A DNA stretch of 64,000 nt from Dimorphilus gyrociliatus (taxonomy: Eukaryota > Animalia > Annelida). Shown piece after piece: positions 27,645 to 40,501 of this stretch. Positions within the stretch are counted from its first letter, which is position 1, and each line of letters starts with the position of its first letter. The position numbers were made by a program, and so were the translations under genes. Below the pieces are notes generated by a model. That model was not told the origin of the DNA and searched no databases. It was given only the letters and a program-made list of their open reading frames with translations. Where the stretch lies: positions 496,001 through 560,000 of the forward strand of contig CAJFCJ010000012.1 of assembly GCA_904063045.1 (NCBI GenBank), written 5' to 3'.

Positions 27645-30600
27645 ATGATTGTGGTGTCTGTACTGTTATTTCTATTCCTAATAAATACATCCTTTCCTCA
27701 GAATATAAAATTGCACGGATGTGGAGCATCTTTACCGGCAGAAGTTTATGAAGCTTGGGTACCAGCGTTTGAAAGTTATCGCCGTGAATTTGTGAATATT
27801 GACTTTGAATATTACGCGACAGGAAGTGGAGAAGCTATTCAGGCCATACATGGGGGAAACGAATCAAGTTTAAATGTGTGTCTACTTAATGATCTAGGAT
27901 TTTTCGGCTCGGATATTCCATTGTCACCAAGCGATTATGATAAAAATCCCAATTTACAAATGCTCCCTATTCTAGGAGGGTTAGTTTTATTACTATCTGT
28001 CAATGTTTAAATTAATTCTTATATTATATAAATACTTAATTAATCGAATAATCCTATGCGAGTGTATGTTTAAATTCATTAGGAGTGTTGCCCTGGCCTA
28101 TAATTTAAAAGGGATAAAAAACTTGGTTCTTGAAAAAGATCATGTTGTAAAAATATATGATGGAACTTTTAAATGGTGGAATGAAACCGAATTACAAAGC
28201 GCTAATCCAGATATTAAACTACCTGAAGAAAGAATATCAGTTGTAGCAAGGTCTGACAACTCTGGAACGACGCAAATATTTACGGAAACATTAAGTGCAA
28301 TATCAAAAGAATGGAAAGAAAAATATGGTGTTTTTTCAGAAGGTTTTAATGAAGCTAATGGTTCCTCAAAATGGCCAGACGGAGTTATTTCATTTCGCCT
28401 TAAAAGAAATCGAGGTGTCTCGGGAATACTGTTGTCTTACCAAAATTCAATCGGTTACATTTCAACAGCTGATGCAAACACAGCGCTGCTAACTTATGCT
28501 CGAATCAAAGAGGGTAACAAAATAGTCGACATAGAACCGGATAGAATGCAGGAAACCATGCAGAGAGCTATGAGGCACTTTACAAATAGAATGACTGTTA
28601 CTTTAGCAGAGCATACATATGCCGACGAATACCCATTCATAGGATATACGTATATGGTATTTAATAAAACCTCAGAAAGCAACTGTAAAAGGATGAGAGA
28701 GTTAGTCCGATATTTTTATTGGATTACAAAAGAACCATTTCCACAAAATGATGCCAAAGATTTTAAAATGGCTGGTGTCCCAAAGAAAGTATCAGATTAC
28801 CTTTTTTCGGAAGTTATAGATAAAATACGATGTGGTGGGGATAATATGCTAAAAGTTGCTAGGGATCAAATGGATGCTGAAGAGCTATCAAAGCAAAAGT
28901 GGCGAATTCCTGTAATAATTGCCATTCCAATTATAAGTCTGCTAATTTTATCGTTGATATCCTACTTGATAGTTCAACAGGTTAAATTTATAAAATTCTT
29001 ATTAATATTTAAGCTTTTACTCATTTCATAAGGCTTTTATATTCATTTCTTATTCAACAGATTCGACTAAGAAGATCCCTCTTAACGGATGATTGGAAAA
29101 TACCGATAGAAGAAATTATTCTCAGATGGTCCAGAAAAGATGGATTATTAAGGCCCGACGGCTCAAAATACCAAAATTCTATGCAAAGTGTTGCTTCATT
29201 AACAGTTTCTGCTATAACTAACTTTTCGTATACAACAACAACTGGAGGGACAGGTATAGGAAAAAGTGTTGAGGCGATTGGATTGTGGAAAGAAAAGGCC
29301 GTTGTTTTAAGGTCTTTTCCCAATGCTTTGAGCTTGGAGAAGATAACATGCAAGAAATGTCTCATCTTTCTAAGGGATAAAATTAACCACTTTAATGTTG
29401 TCTCTTTTCTTGGTGTAACAATACTGGATGACGCAGCTTACTTAGTAAGCGATCATTCGCCCAAGGGAACTTTACGAGACGTTGTTCAAGATGATCGATA
29501 TAATTTGGACGAGAACATTAAATTTTCATTGGCATTAGATGTCGCTGGAGGTTTGAAATATTTACATTCACAAAATCTAAGTCACGGCAATTTGACAAGT
29601 GATTCATGCGTTGTCGATCAACGCTGGAACGTTAGAATCGCCGATTGGGAATACTCCAAATTATCCGAGTTCTCAATCGGTTTAAGTAATGCTACCTTAA
29701 ATTCAAATTTCCATGATTCTGAAAAAGATTATGATGTGGAAGCTAGGAATTCTATGTGGCATGCACCGGAGGTTCTAAAGGTAATATATACTTTGTTTTA
29801 ATTTTTCTCAAAATCTATCACTTGCTTAGCGAAGAAGTTAACAGACTTTCTTCATTTCGACATCCTGCTACCTTATACTATCCAATTTAGAACTAATTAC
29901 ATGCGTTTATACTAAATATAGCACATATAGATTTATTAAGATACTATATGTACTAAACGTATGTAAAACTATATATTTATTTATTTATTTATAGAATACA
30001 AAAAGATTATTTCATGTTTTATATTCTATTTAAATTCTATCAAAAAGAAGCGTCTCTTTAGTCGTTTTCCTATGATTTTAGGGAGAATGTACGACGAAAG
30101 CCTCAGATGTCTATAGTTTTTCTATTATTCTGGTTGAAATATTTACGAAGGAAGATCCATATTATGACTTAGCGGAAAGTTTAAGTCCTGTAAAGATAAT
30201 TGAAGAAATAAAAACTAAAGACATACGACCAAACTTAGACGATCCAAACTTAACCTCAATAAAGAACACTTTAGAAAAATGTTGGTCAATAACACCGAGC
30301 AAAAGACTATCGTCATCAGCAGTTTGTAAAGAATTGAAATCTCAGAGGCCCAGTAAAAAGAGTGTCGTAGATTGTATGATGGAAGCTGTTGAAGGGTATG
30401 TAACCAAACTAGAAGAAAAGGTTAAGGATAGAACGAGGGAGTTGGAAATGGCGAATTTAGCAACAGAAGCTTTGCTTCATCAGATTTTGCCGCCATCCGT
30501 AGCTAAAAAGCTGTCTTCAGGCGAGATTGTTGATCCAGAAAAATTTGATGGCGTAACAATTTTCTTTTCGGATATTGTTGGATTTACATCTTTATCTGCA

Positions 30601-31232
30601 GAAAGCTCACCTTGGGAGATTGTGCAACTGCTGAATGAATTATATTCAGTTTTTGATACCATTATTGATAAAAAAGATGTTTATAAAGTTGAAACTATTG
30701 GTGATGCTTATATGGTAGTATCTGGATTGCCGTCTCGAAATGGAGATAAGCATGCCGACTGCATAACCGAAATGGCTATAGATTTCTTAGCAAGTGTCAA
30801 AATATTCAAGATAAGACACAAGCCCGATAAGAAGCTATTGTTAAGAGCTGGTGTACATTCCGGTCCAGTTGTTGCAGGAGTTGTTGGACAGAAAATGCCA
30901 AGGTAAAAAAAAATACAATAATAAGATTGTTATAAATAATGGATGAATTCTTGTAATTGATCGTGTTTTTTTCCTTGTTTTAATCCATTAGATATTGCCT
31001 ATTTGGAGATACAGTTAATACAGCAAGTAGAATGGAATCCACTTCAGAACCTTTAAAGATTCAGATATCACCGGAAACATTTCAGCTTTTAAATAAAAAG
31101 AGGGAATATTTGTTTAAAGAGAGAGAAAATGTTGAAGTTAAAGGAAAAGGGAAGATGACAACATATTTCGTAGAGAGCAAAATAAATTATCAACCATACA
31201 TTCCTCCAAATCTTTTTGATAGTAACTATTAA
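27645..31232 (+). CDS. Receptor (transmembrane) guanylyl cyclase with an extracellular PstS-type phosphate-binding domain; exons 27645-27979, 28083-28980, 29061-29780, 30082-30902, 30992-31232
   Basis: Signal peptide MIVVSVLLFLFLINTSFP. PstS-like [66 protein letters not shown]. Kinase-homology domain (HGNL, DVYSFSIILVEI), coiled-coil hinge LEEKVKDRTREL, cyclase FSDIVGFT...KVETIGDAYMVVSG...RYCLFGDTVNTASRMES. All introns are GT-AG and frame-consistent. Confidence 0.95.
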
Positions 31233-33576
31233 AAGACATTTGTCTAAAACATATTTATAGTAAAAACTTATCAAAATGTGCAATATATCTCAATTTTTTG
31301 GTTTGTGAAACGACCTAATATAATGAAATATGTGATTTCCTGCAGTTTTCTGTTTTTTACAAAAAAGGTACCATAATAATTTTTGTGGTTTGCAGAATTT
31401 AAATAAAATATTTTATAACTTTCTATATTTTTTTACTATAACAATGAGTTAATCATTAAGTTAATTTGCGCATAACAAATCATATTTCTGATAATACCAT
31501 GAATAATAAATAAATATTGCTCATGCGATTAATCAACTAATTGAATTATTTACTTCTGTGAAAATAAAAATATTCTATAATTGTTTTCTTAAATATTATA
31601 TAGTAATTGATTACTATTTCCACTACACGAGTTACCCTCTTTCTCTCTCTTACTCTTTCTATGTAGAATATATATCTCTATCTCTCTTTATAATGCCTTC
31701 TTTTAGTCTACTTTCTGCCTAGTTTTTTGTTAACTTATACCAAAGGGGGATAGTTTTCTAAGAGTTGCAATCCCTTAAGAGTAACTTATTTCTTTTTTTT
31801 AAATCTTGAAAAAAGAACTGCTACACAGTCAGCAATGTAATTCTTTCATGAATGCTAATAGCAAAACTATCGATTTTTTGAAGACGAAAGAAAAACATAG
31901 AGGATGCTTATTTATATTCCCTAGTGTTCATTCTTTTGCATGCATCTAACATACTTTTATCATTCATTCTATCTAATCAATTTTACAAGCATTTTTTTAT
32001 GAAATATAAAAGGTGAGTAAAACGTATAAACCCGATATACTATTTAATGTTATACTAATAAACAAAGTTTCTGCAGTTTCCAATTTACCTTACAGTCTAT
32101 TTATAACGATCACACTTTATATCTTACTACAAAAGAATAGTACTAATGCACTATTTTTTTTTATCTCTCGGAAAGTATTCTAGACAGTTGTACTTGATTA
32201 TATTAAATAAGAAGGATCTTTTATGTCTTTTAGATGGAATATTTTAAAGGAAGTCAAAGAATTTAAACTAATAAACATAGAAACAAGATTATTTAATAAT
32301 TTCAAACGATATACTTTTTGCATATAAAAATTTTCAATTCATCTTTGACGATCAACAAATGAAACTTAATATAACATTCTTTACTAATATTCTTAAGTAA
32401 TTATATTAATATTTATATATTCATATATAATTATGCAATTTTCCTGATAATGTTTACCAATTATTCGTAAAGAGTATTCATAATTGATTAAATGAGTTTG
32501 TAATATAATTAAACTATAAGTTGTAAACGGCGAATAACCTTTAACAAGATTTTTTTCTTTGAATTTGTATCATCTAGTATATTGAGACAGGTCCATGTAG
32601 TATATGCTTCTTTCTCTTATTATTAAATATACACTTAATAACTTCTTAATTATTTTTTTGTGGCCGTAGAGTAATGTAATTTACCTCTTTAATATCTACA
32701 ACAAAAGTATTATTTTTCCCGTCTGTAATTGATTTTAATAAAGAAAAATTGCCAACTTAAACATAATGAGAGTACGATGGAAATCGTCTAAATTGTCATT
32801 AGGCTCTTGATAAATAGCATTGATTAATGACTGAAATATCTATTAGGTCTAATCAAAGAGCTTCAGTCAGTTTCATCTTTAAATATCTCACAGATTCTTA
32901 AGTATTAGCTCTTTGAATGTCGTTGATGCTAAATAATAAGTAATTACATGTATATTTCCACTAAAAATCATTACAAACGCTAAAGCAAAAACAAAAGACT
33001 ATTCAGAGGGAATAATTGATCATATTGGAAGGCAAAAGTTGGAAGATTACATTTGACTAATTCGATAAAATAGAAACGAATTAAGCAAAATCCCCTAGTT
33101 TAGATGAAGGAAAGGGTATCAAAATATTTTAGACTCTTGATTATTATACCATAAAAATGCAATTTATCTTTATAAGAAAAGGTCTAGGACATAAAGCTCG
33201 TAATCTAATAAAAATTAGAAATAAAATGAATCCAACTTTGCAACGTTAGCGATATATAGTTCTCTTATTTTTCATCCTTAAAAAATAGCTTACCTTTTTA
33301 ACTCAATGTCACGATATCAAATTCCCCACTTCTTAACGTTTTAATAGAGATCATGGTAAAAGTCGAATAAATTCACCTGTCACCAACAAACTGTTAACGA
33401 TAGACAACAGAGAATCATGTTTATTTTACAATGTTTTATTCAAGTAAGAAAAAACTTTAAGAAAATTATGTTTTTTTTTCTTATAAGAATAAAGTTGAAC
33501 AGAAAAATTATTAATTTGTTTTCAATTTTTCATATCATTTTTCTAATTGGAAGAAAGCAGTAAAACCAAAATTCTA

Positions 33577-34626
33577 TCATTTAAGAAAATTACAACTGCA
33601 ATATAAAAACAAATCTTTTAGCGATTTTCTAAACGATTTAGATGAAAAACTATACAAGAAAAAATTAACAGAAAAGTTTACATAGTAAAACATTTGAAAA
33701 ACATCTTGCACTTGCTTTAATTCTAGCGTCACATAATTATTGCCACGCTTTACTATAAAAAATAGCTTTATACAGTATGATGGTGCACTAAGCAGAACGA
33801 AACATGCGGCTATAATAATCAGAAGTTTAGCTGATCTTCTTTGTCGCGCTCTGGAATTTTCAGGACAATTATTTTGAATTTCACTATTTATTTGCAAAGG
33901 TTGATTGCATTCGGTCGCTTGATCGGACGATACTCTTCCGTTTTTTGAAATAGATGTACTTGATCTATTTCTAGGAGGAGTATATTTTAATAATCTTGCA
34001 GCTAATAAGACATTTAAAGGTACAATTACCAGAAATGGAAGAAAAAGATTAACAAAAGCATCAAACGCGTTCATAATTTCTATAAGTTTATAGAGCGAAA
34101 GTCTTGGAGAGCAATACCCTCCCTCATTTACATAGTAAGACCATAAAACGAAGGAATATAATATAGCAGCAAAAACAACAAGACAACTGCATATTTTAAC
34201 AGTACTTTCCCTCATTACCCATCTTTTAAATTTTAAAGGAAAGAATACAGCAAAAAACCTTTCTAAAGTGAACAAGCACATAACCCATGTACTCAAAAAA
34301 CTGCACACAAATGTTACATACGGTATTAACTGACATAAAACCGGAAGATGGTAGATATTTATTTCAAACATTCCAAGCCATGTTAATAGAAGGGCTATAA
34401 GAAAGAGGTTGTCAGAAACAGCAAGGATTGAAAGGTAGATTCCGCAATTCTGATGTTGTAGTTGCTTGAAGCGTTTCATGGCAAAAACAAATATTGATAG
34501 TGAGTTTCCCATAAGACCAATAGCAATAATTGCTGGTAGACAATATAAATTCAAGTAATGCGTAAATAATCCAAGAGCCGTTTCCCTTAAATTCGACGTT
34601 GTTAGGTTCTTAGTAGAATTATCCAT
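33577..34626 (-). CDS. Single-exon class A peptide-receptor-like GPCR (TRH/FMRFamide-receptor-like orphan)
   Basis: TM1 GLMGN, TM2 LAVSD, TM3 TLERFFAV, TM6 FVLLSAPSY, TM7 NFSVNFFLY; N-terminal sequons. Confidence 0.9.
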   Translation of the reverse strand: MDNSTKNLTTSNLRETALGLFTHYLNLYCLPAIIAIGLMGNSLSIFVFAMKRFKQLQHQNCGIYLSILAVSDNLFLIALLLTWLGMFEINIYHLPVLCQLIPYVTFVCSFLSTWVMCLFTLERFFAVFFPLKFKRWVMRESTVKICSCLVVFAAILYSFVLWSYYVNEGGYCSPRLSLYKLIEIMNAFDAFVNLFLPFLVIVPLNVLLAARLLKYTPPRNRSSTSISKNGRVSSDQATECNQPLQINSEIQNNCPENSRARQRRSAKLLIIIAACFVLLSAPSYCIKLFFIVKRGNNYVTLELKQVQDVFQMFYYVNFSVNFFLYSFSSKSFRKSLKDLFLYCSCNFLK

Positions 34627-37450
34627 GACTTCAGGCGGACATATGACAAAATATAAACTAAAGCTATAGGTGTCGCTCTAAGAAATTCACCAAAGGCGAA
34701 ATAGAAGAAATAATGCATATAAAAATAATATCTGATTTTAACAAAATAAGAAGTAGTGATCTATTCTCTAATGAAAAATTATCATTAGTTTAAAAGGGAA
34801 TATGATTTATATCTTTACTAATGACAAAGACTGTCCTTCGAATCATTCCAATTTCAGAAAATACAATAGCAATTAATGCCATATTTCTTGTTTATTGTTT
34901 AAAATATAATATATTTATATATAGATTATGAATAATCTACTGTATTATGTCACTTGAAATATTTTTAATAAGTAAATCTTATTATTAAAGCTAATCCATT
35001 TTTGTCTTAACCTGTTTCCATAAAGTAGATAAATTCTTTTTCAAAATGTCTCTTTTTTTTCTTAATCGCCATAAATAAGCCAACTGTAGGATATGTTATT
35101 TTCATTTTATCTTCAACAGATCATCTTTATTCTAGGACTTTGACCTATAATAAACTTGAACCCATGTTTGTCACACTTATTAGGCCCTAACTGAAAATCT
35201 GAACTTGTGTCTAACTACGTTTTAATTTCTTCTATCCACTCCTCTAGACAGATATATTTTATCTGCTGTCTTCTGGCATCAATCTAGAGTTTTAAGCAAT
35301 TTTCTATATTTCATATTGGATCAAACTAGTCTTTTATTGTCAAAAAATATATTTCCAAACATAATATATATTAGCTTTATTTTATATACAGTAAATATTT
35401 TGCAAAAGTAAAAAGTGCCTACCGTTTATTAAATGACAAACTATAGTTTAAGAAACTATAGAAATAAGAAAAGCCTCATATTTATTGATTATTTGCTGCA
35501 AAGCGGCAATTTAAAAACGAAATGTTCAAATGGAGGCCACACAGATATTTTCAATGAAATATGCTCTATTCTTTAAGTTGTAATGACTTCCTCGATATGA
35601 GGTATGCACTTAGATAACTTTAAATACTTGTAGATTATATTTCCTGCATTAAACGTTTACCTTTATTCGTTTTATTTTAGTATTTGTGACTTCAGTAAAT
35701 AAATATAAAAAAGAAACACAAATTAACGCGACTTTTATTACATCTAAATTAAAGATATATGATAGATGAACGTAATATTTTCAAATTCTACTGAAATCTT
35801 TTAAAGTTGAAGAGAGACCTTAAAAAGACGCAGGTGGAATTGATTGTTGTCAAATGGATTTTGTCCTCTTACTGTGATTGAATACATAATAAATTACATC
35901 TTATGCTTTAACTGACCTGAATATTTAGTACACAGTTATAGAATATATGAAAATACATTTTATTCTTTCTAAATATTTATCCGTATTAATAACGATTTTC
36001 TTCTACTCAATCAATCAAGTAGGCCTTGTCACCAGTGAACTAAACATAGTAACCTACAAAATGTGTAAGAATATATGTGATTAAAGAACGGGGTGAAGAA
36101 ATATTAAAGGTTATTTGGCAAATAGTAAGTTCAAGAAGAGTATCCGTAGGTTTTATAATTAGGCTATGTGAAGATATTGTTTAACGCTTTATAGATAATT
36201 GTATCACGTGATCAAAGCAAATAGGAGAAGAATACTGCAAATTTTGTTCACTATATGCCTTATATTTAGATATAGATAAATAAAATGCTATAAACAAAAA
36301 TACTTAATATGTATAATGCGTACAACCGCTATTAACTAACCTCTATTTTCTATAGTAAACAATTGAAATTGATTTAATCGAAATAAAAGATGTAAAGGCT
36401 CTACCAAAAGAAAGAAAAGTAGTACATACAATTTTAAAGGTTTGAAATTTGAAATTTCATATAAATTTATATACACACACATATATATATACAGTATATA
36501 TATATAAATATATAAATGTATACAGTATATATAACTTTAACCTTGTTATAAATACGTACAACACAAAGTCTGAAATATACGCCGAGTTTCTGAAGATATG
36601 CTACACCTTTTGATGATTTATACTTTACTTTTCTCATATATGCATTTATAGATAACACTTTTTGTTTTTGGCCAGAAGACTTATACGACCCTTTGAATTT
36701 AAGTTTATGCAAATGAAAACTTGAATTAAATCTCCTTTGTTATCCTAATGGCTTGCTCTTTTTTGAATAAAACGTGATCGGAATAACTTTTAAAGTAAAC
36801 CGTTAAGCAAGGTAGTATATTACCGTTTCAGATTCTCAAAACAATGATTGTACTGCATTGAGTCTTCTATTACTTTTAGTTGAATATAGAATGCAATGAT
36901 GTAAAAAATATATATTGTCAGATGACTTAGCTAATACATACCATGATATGATACGTTCCAAAAAGTTACACCGCAAAGTAATATCTAAATGATTTATAGA
37001 TATATAGATAAGGAGTGAAATCTGATGTACTGAAATCTTATTAAAGAACATTAAAATTTACTAACATAAATATAAAATTCTTTTAACTGTCCTTTCATGT
37101 TATTCTTCTCTTGATCGAGTAAACAAAGACATCAATCTATACATATTTATTCAAGTATGCTAAGGAAGCAGATTTTCCGTGGGACAAATTTCTTGGAAAT
37201 ATCTTTATGTAAGGCTTCTATGTGACTTCCTATGTTGTCACTGTTAACCTAGTTATTAAGCTCAATGAGGCATAGTTTTTAAAAAGATAGACATTACTAT
37301 ACAAAAGACTTAGTATCAGCAATACAATATATATATATATATATATATATTGCATTAATTGGAACAGAAAGTTTAAAACTGTATTGAAATTTTTTTTATA
37401 TGATAGAATGATATATTAAAAAAAGAACACGGTAACGTCATAGAAAACAA

Positions 37451-38509
37451 TTAACAGTATCCTATTTTCAACAAGTGTCGTAGAGCTTTTCTAAATACTT
37501 TAGAAGATAAATTGTATAGAAAAAAATTAATGGAAAAATTTACATAATAAAGAATCTGAAATAATTCTTGTAATTGTTTCAAAGTATTTGGCAATAATGA
37601 TTTATTTGGAATTAGTATAAAATACAGCCTTATGGCATAAGATGGCGTACTTAGTAGCGTAAAAAAGAAAGCAATAGTAAGTAACAGTTTCGCCGATCTT
37701 CTTTGCAATGCTCTGTAATTCTCTTCCATTATTATCTGGAAACCAGTTTCGTTTTGCAGTTGTAGAGCTTCGTCTATCGTTATATTCTCACCCGGTAATG
37801 TTTGCAAGCGAGTATTAATTTCAAATATTTCTGTTGATCTTCTTTCTCTTTTAGCATATTGTAGTAATTTTATGGCTAACAATACATTTAAAGGAACAAT
37901 AATTAGTAAAGGCAAAAATAGTGTAATAAATATATCCATTCCATTCATAATATCGATCAGTTGGTTAAAATTAGGTCTCTGAACGCAACCTAAATTTTCG
38001 TCTACCCTGTAACACCATAGAGGAAAGGAGAAAAATATTCCTCCGAAAAATGTTAGAAATAACGACATATGTATTGCGCTCTTCCTCACACTCCATCTCT
38101 TCAGTTTTAAGGGGAAAAATACAGCAAAAAACCTTTCTAGAGTGAACAAGCACATTACCCATGTACTCAAAAAACTACATACGAATGTTACATACGGTAT
38201 TAACTGACAAAAAACCGGAAGATGGTAGATATTTATTTCAAAAATTCCAAGCCAAGTCAGCAGAAGAGCTATTAGAAAGAGGTTGTCAGAAACAGCAAGG
38301 ATTGAAAGGTAGATTCCGCAATTCTGATGTTGTAGTTGCTTGAAGCGTTTCATGGCAAATACAAATATTGATAGTGAGTTCCCAATTAAACCAATGAAGA
38401 TTATTGCTGGTAGACAGTATAAATTCAAGATATTTGCAAATAATCCCAGAGTAGACCTATCTCCCGTCTTGAAGAACTGACGAGTAACATTTTCTGTATA
38501 ATTGTCCAT
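37451..38509 (-). CDS. Single-exon class A GPCR, tandem paralog of 33577-34626
   Basis: Same motifs (GLIGN, LAVSD, LERF, LSTPSY, NFSINFFLY). TM1-TM3 is nearly identical to the neighbour. Confidence 0.9.
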   Translation of the reverse strand: MDNYTENVTRQFFKTGDRSTLGLFANILNLYCLPAIIFIGLIGNSLSIFVFAMKRFKQLQHQNCGIYLSILAVSDNLFLIALLLTWLGIFEINIYHLPVFCQLIPYVTFVCSFLSTWVMCLFTLERFFAVFFPLKLKRWSVRKSAIHMSLFLTFFGGIFFSFPLWCYRVDENLGCVQRPNFNQLIDIMNGMDIFITLFLPLLIIVPLNVLLAIKLLQYAKRERRSTEIFEINTRLQTLPGENITIDEALQLQNETGFQIIMEENYRALQRRSAKLLLTIAFFFTLLSTPSYAIRLYFILIPNKSLLPNTLKQLQELFQILYYVNFSINFFLYNLSSKVFRKALRHLLKIGYC

Positions 38510-40108
38510 TTTTCCGAAAAAAATGCCAAAGATACCTATAATATATTACCGTTGAGATAACGAAAGATGTCGCTTTATACTCTTTTATGTTAATGAAGTG
38601 AAAAAACACAATAAACAAATTTTAAATTCAAACAATTACTTCTTTATAACCCTATTAGCCTTGCATTAAAACCAGATTGTCATCATAATACAGATTGTTA
38701 CAAATTTTTTTTAGATGGTATGAAAGAATGCTAATTTTAGTCTTGATAATCTCTGCTCACAAAATGTTATGAATAAAGAATAACAAGTCATATATATATA
38801 TATATATACTGTATATGTATATATATATATATTTATTTATATTAATGCACATATGTGGAGACAGAATTATAAATTTGCTAACTCTCTTCCATGAAATTTA
38901 ATATTGCAGATGGCAAATTATCTTTCTCTAGGAAGAGACAAGACAGCACTATGTTCTGAGGATTACCTTGTAAGGAAAGCTAAAAGAGATATGTGCGTGT
39001 TATAGATTATCTATATATCTAAGATGACCTACTTTTTTAAGATTTTCTCATGTAATAAGAGAAATTAGTCTATATAATAAAAGTAGAGAACCTGTCACAG
39101 AATGTTATTAATATAAAAATCTTAAACTATTTTGAAACTAACCAAACTGATAGAATGTTATAACCCAATCACTAATGAAAATTTATAGGGTTACTGGATA
39201 AGGGTTTTACAGAAGATATAGTAGATAGATATATATGTTCACTTGCTTATATATTTAAAGAATTAAAGGATGTCATTACTATTTATTCTTATCGTCTAAG
39301 TTTTCATATCAATAAATGTCTATAATATTTCATATTTAGCTGAAAGTATAACCAAATACCCAAAAACATTTATTGAAAATCTGGCACTGAAAGAAAATTT
39401 ATATACTTTTAGTTATGTTACATATTTCCATTAATCCCTCCTCTTATTATAATTTAAGTAGTATTTAATCTACTTTTCATAAAATATTTTAAACAACTCA
39501 TACATTTACAGTATAAATATGAAATATTATAACATATTACAACTGAACTAATATATTCTTATGCTCATTATTTCGCAAAAATAATTATAATACTTTATTT
39601 AGATATATTTAAGAGTAGCTGTCTTTAAAACAACTATCATAGAATGATTTCTAATACGGGCAAGATAATTTTTCTTGCTTTTTCTATCAATATTCTTATA
39701 TCTTTATGCGAATATCGTCAATCTTTAACTCTTTACGAAAGAATATTAGTTATATGACACAATATTTAAAGATTATGAGTACTATCTGACTTTTGCTGTT
39801 ATTTACTTTAAAAGTTAATTTACTAAAAATGACAGCTATATCATTTAGCACGAAAACAGCCTATTATTATCATCATTTTACAATTATGTTATTTTATTTC
39901 CTTTCATTGTTGATTTTGGGTATCAATAAATGATAAATGTAGAGTTTACAAACTATAAACAGTATATTCTCTGCGAAAGAACAAGACATAAACATCAGAT
40001 AAATGGAGTATTTCAACTATCATAATCCGAATTGTAATGTAAATATTAGAATATAATAGTTATCTTCACTTTGTTTTAGAGAATTTTGTATATACATACA
40101 TGTATATT

Positions 40109-40139
<31 letters not shown>

Positions 40140-40501
40140 ACTAAAAATATACTGGTGCATCTTCTTTCTTTCAATCTACTAACATTAAACATAGTTAGGC
40201 ATACTCTACATTTCTATTATTCCCAATGTGACTTACACTAACCAATATTAATTAGTTATATACTGAAAACTGACCAGTATAGATGGTATTGTAATAGTAA
40301 TGAATTTTAAAATACTACAATTTTTATAAAATATAAAAGAATCAATACTACTTTGTATATCGAATAAATGATAAGATATCAGCTAAAACGTGTATTGATT
40401 TTTACATGATTTCTTTAATGTTTAAGAATTAACTGCTATCAGCTCTTCTCTCTATATGCTCTTTATTTTTCATTTGATATATTTTATCCATTGGGAAAAC
40501 G

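Noticed and set aside
27868-27897. Possible 30-nt in-frame GT...AG micro-intron in exon 1 of the PstS-cyclase
   Set aside because: Shorter than any required intron here (minimum 41 nt) and not needed for the frame. Retaining it gives an even number of ectodomain cysteines. Needs RNA-seq.
27645-28980. Bacterial contamination as the source of the PstS sequence
   Set aside because: It has a eukaryotic signal peptide, a spliceosomal intron, host-like composition and an in-frame splice to animal cyclase exons.
5101-30662. Antisense ORFs over coding exons (e.g. 5101-5355, 14251-14481, 28494-28682, 29054-29365, 30480-30662)
   Set aside because: Shadow ORFs of real genes on the opposite strand, with no independent motifs.
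35110-35290. Minus-strand translation LEEWIEEIKT*L...QLGPNKC resembling a decayed non-LTR RT end
   Set aside because: Similarity too short and weak to call.
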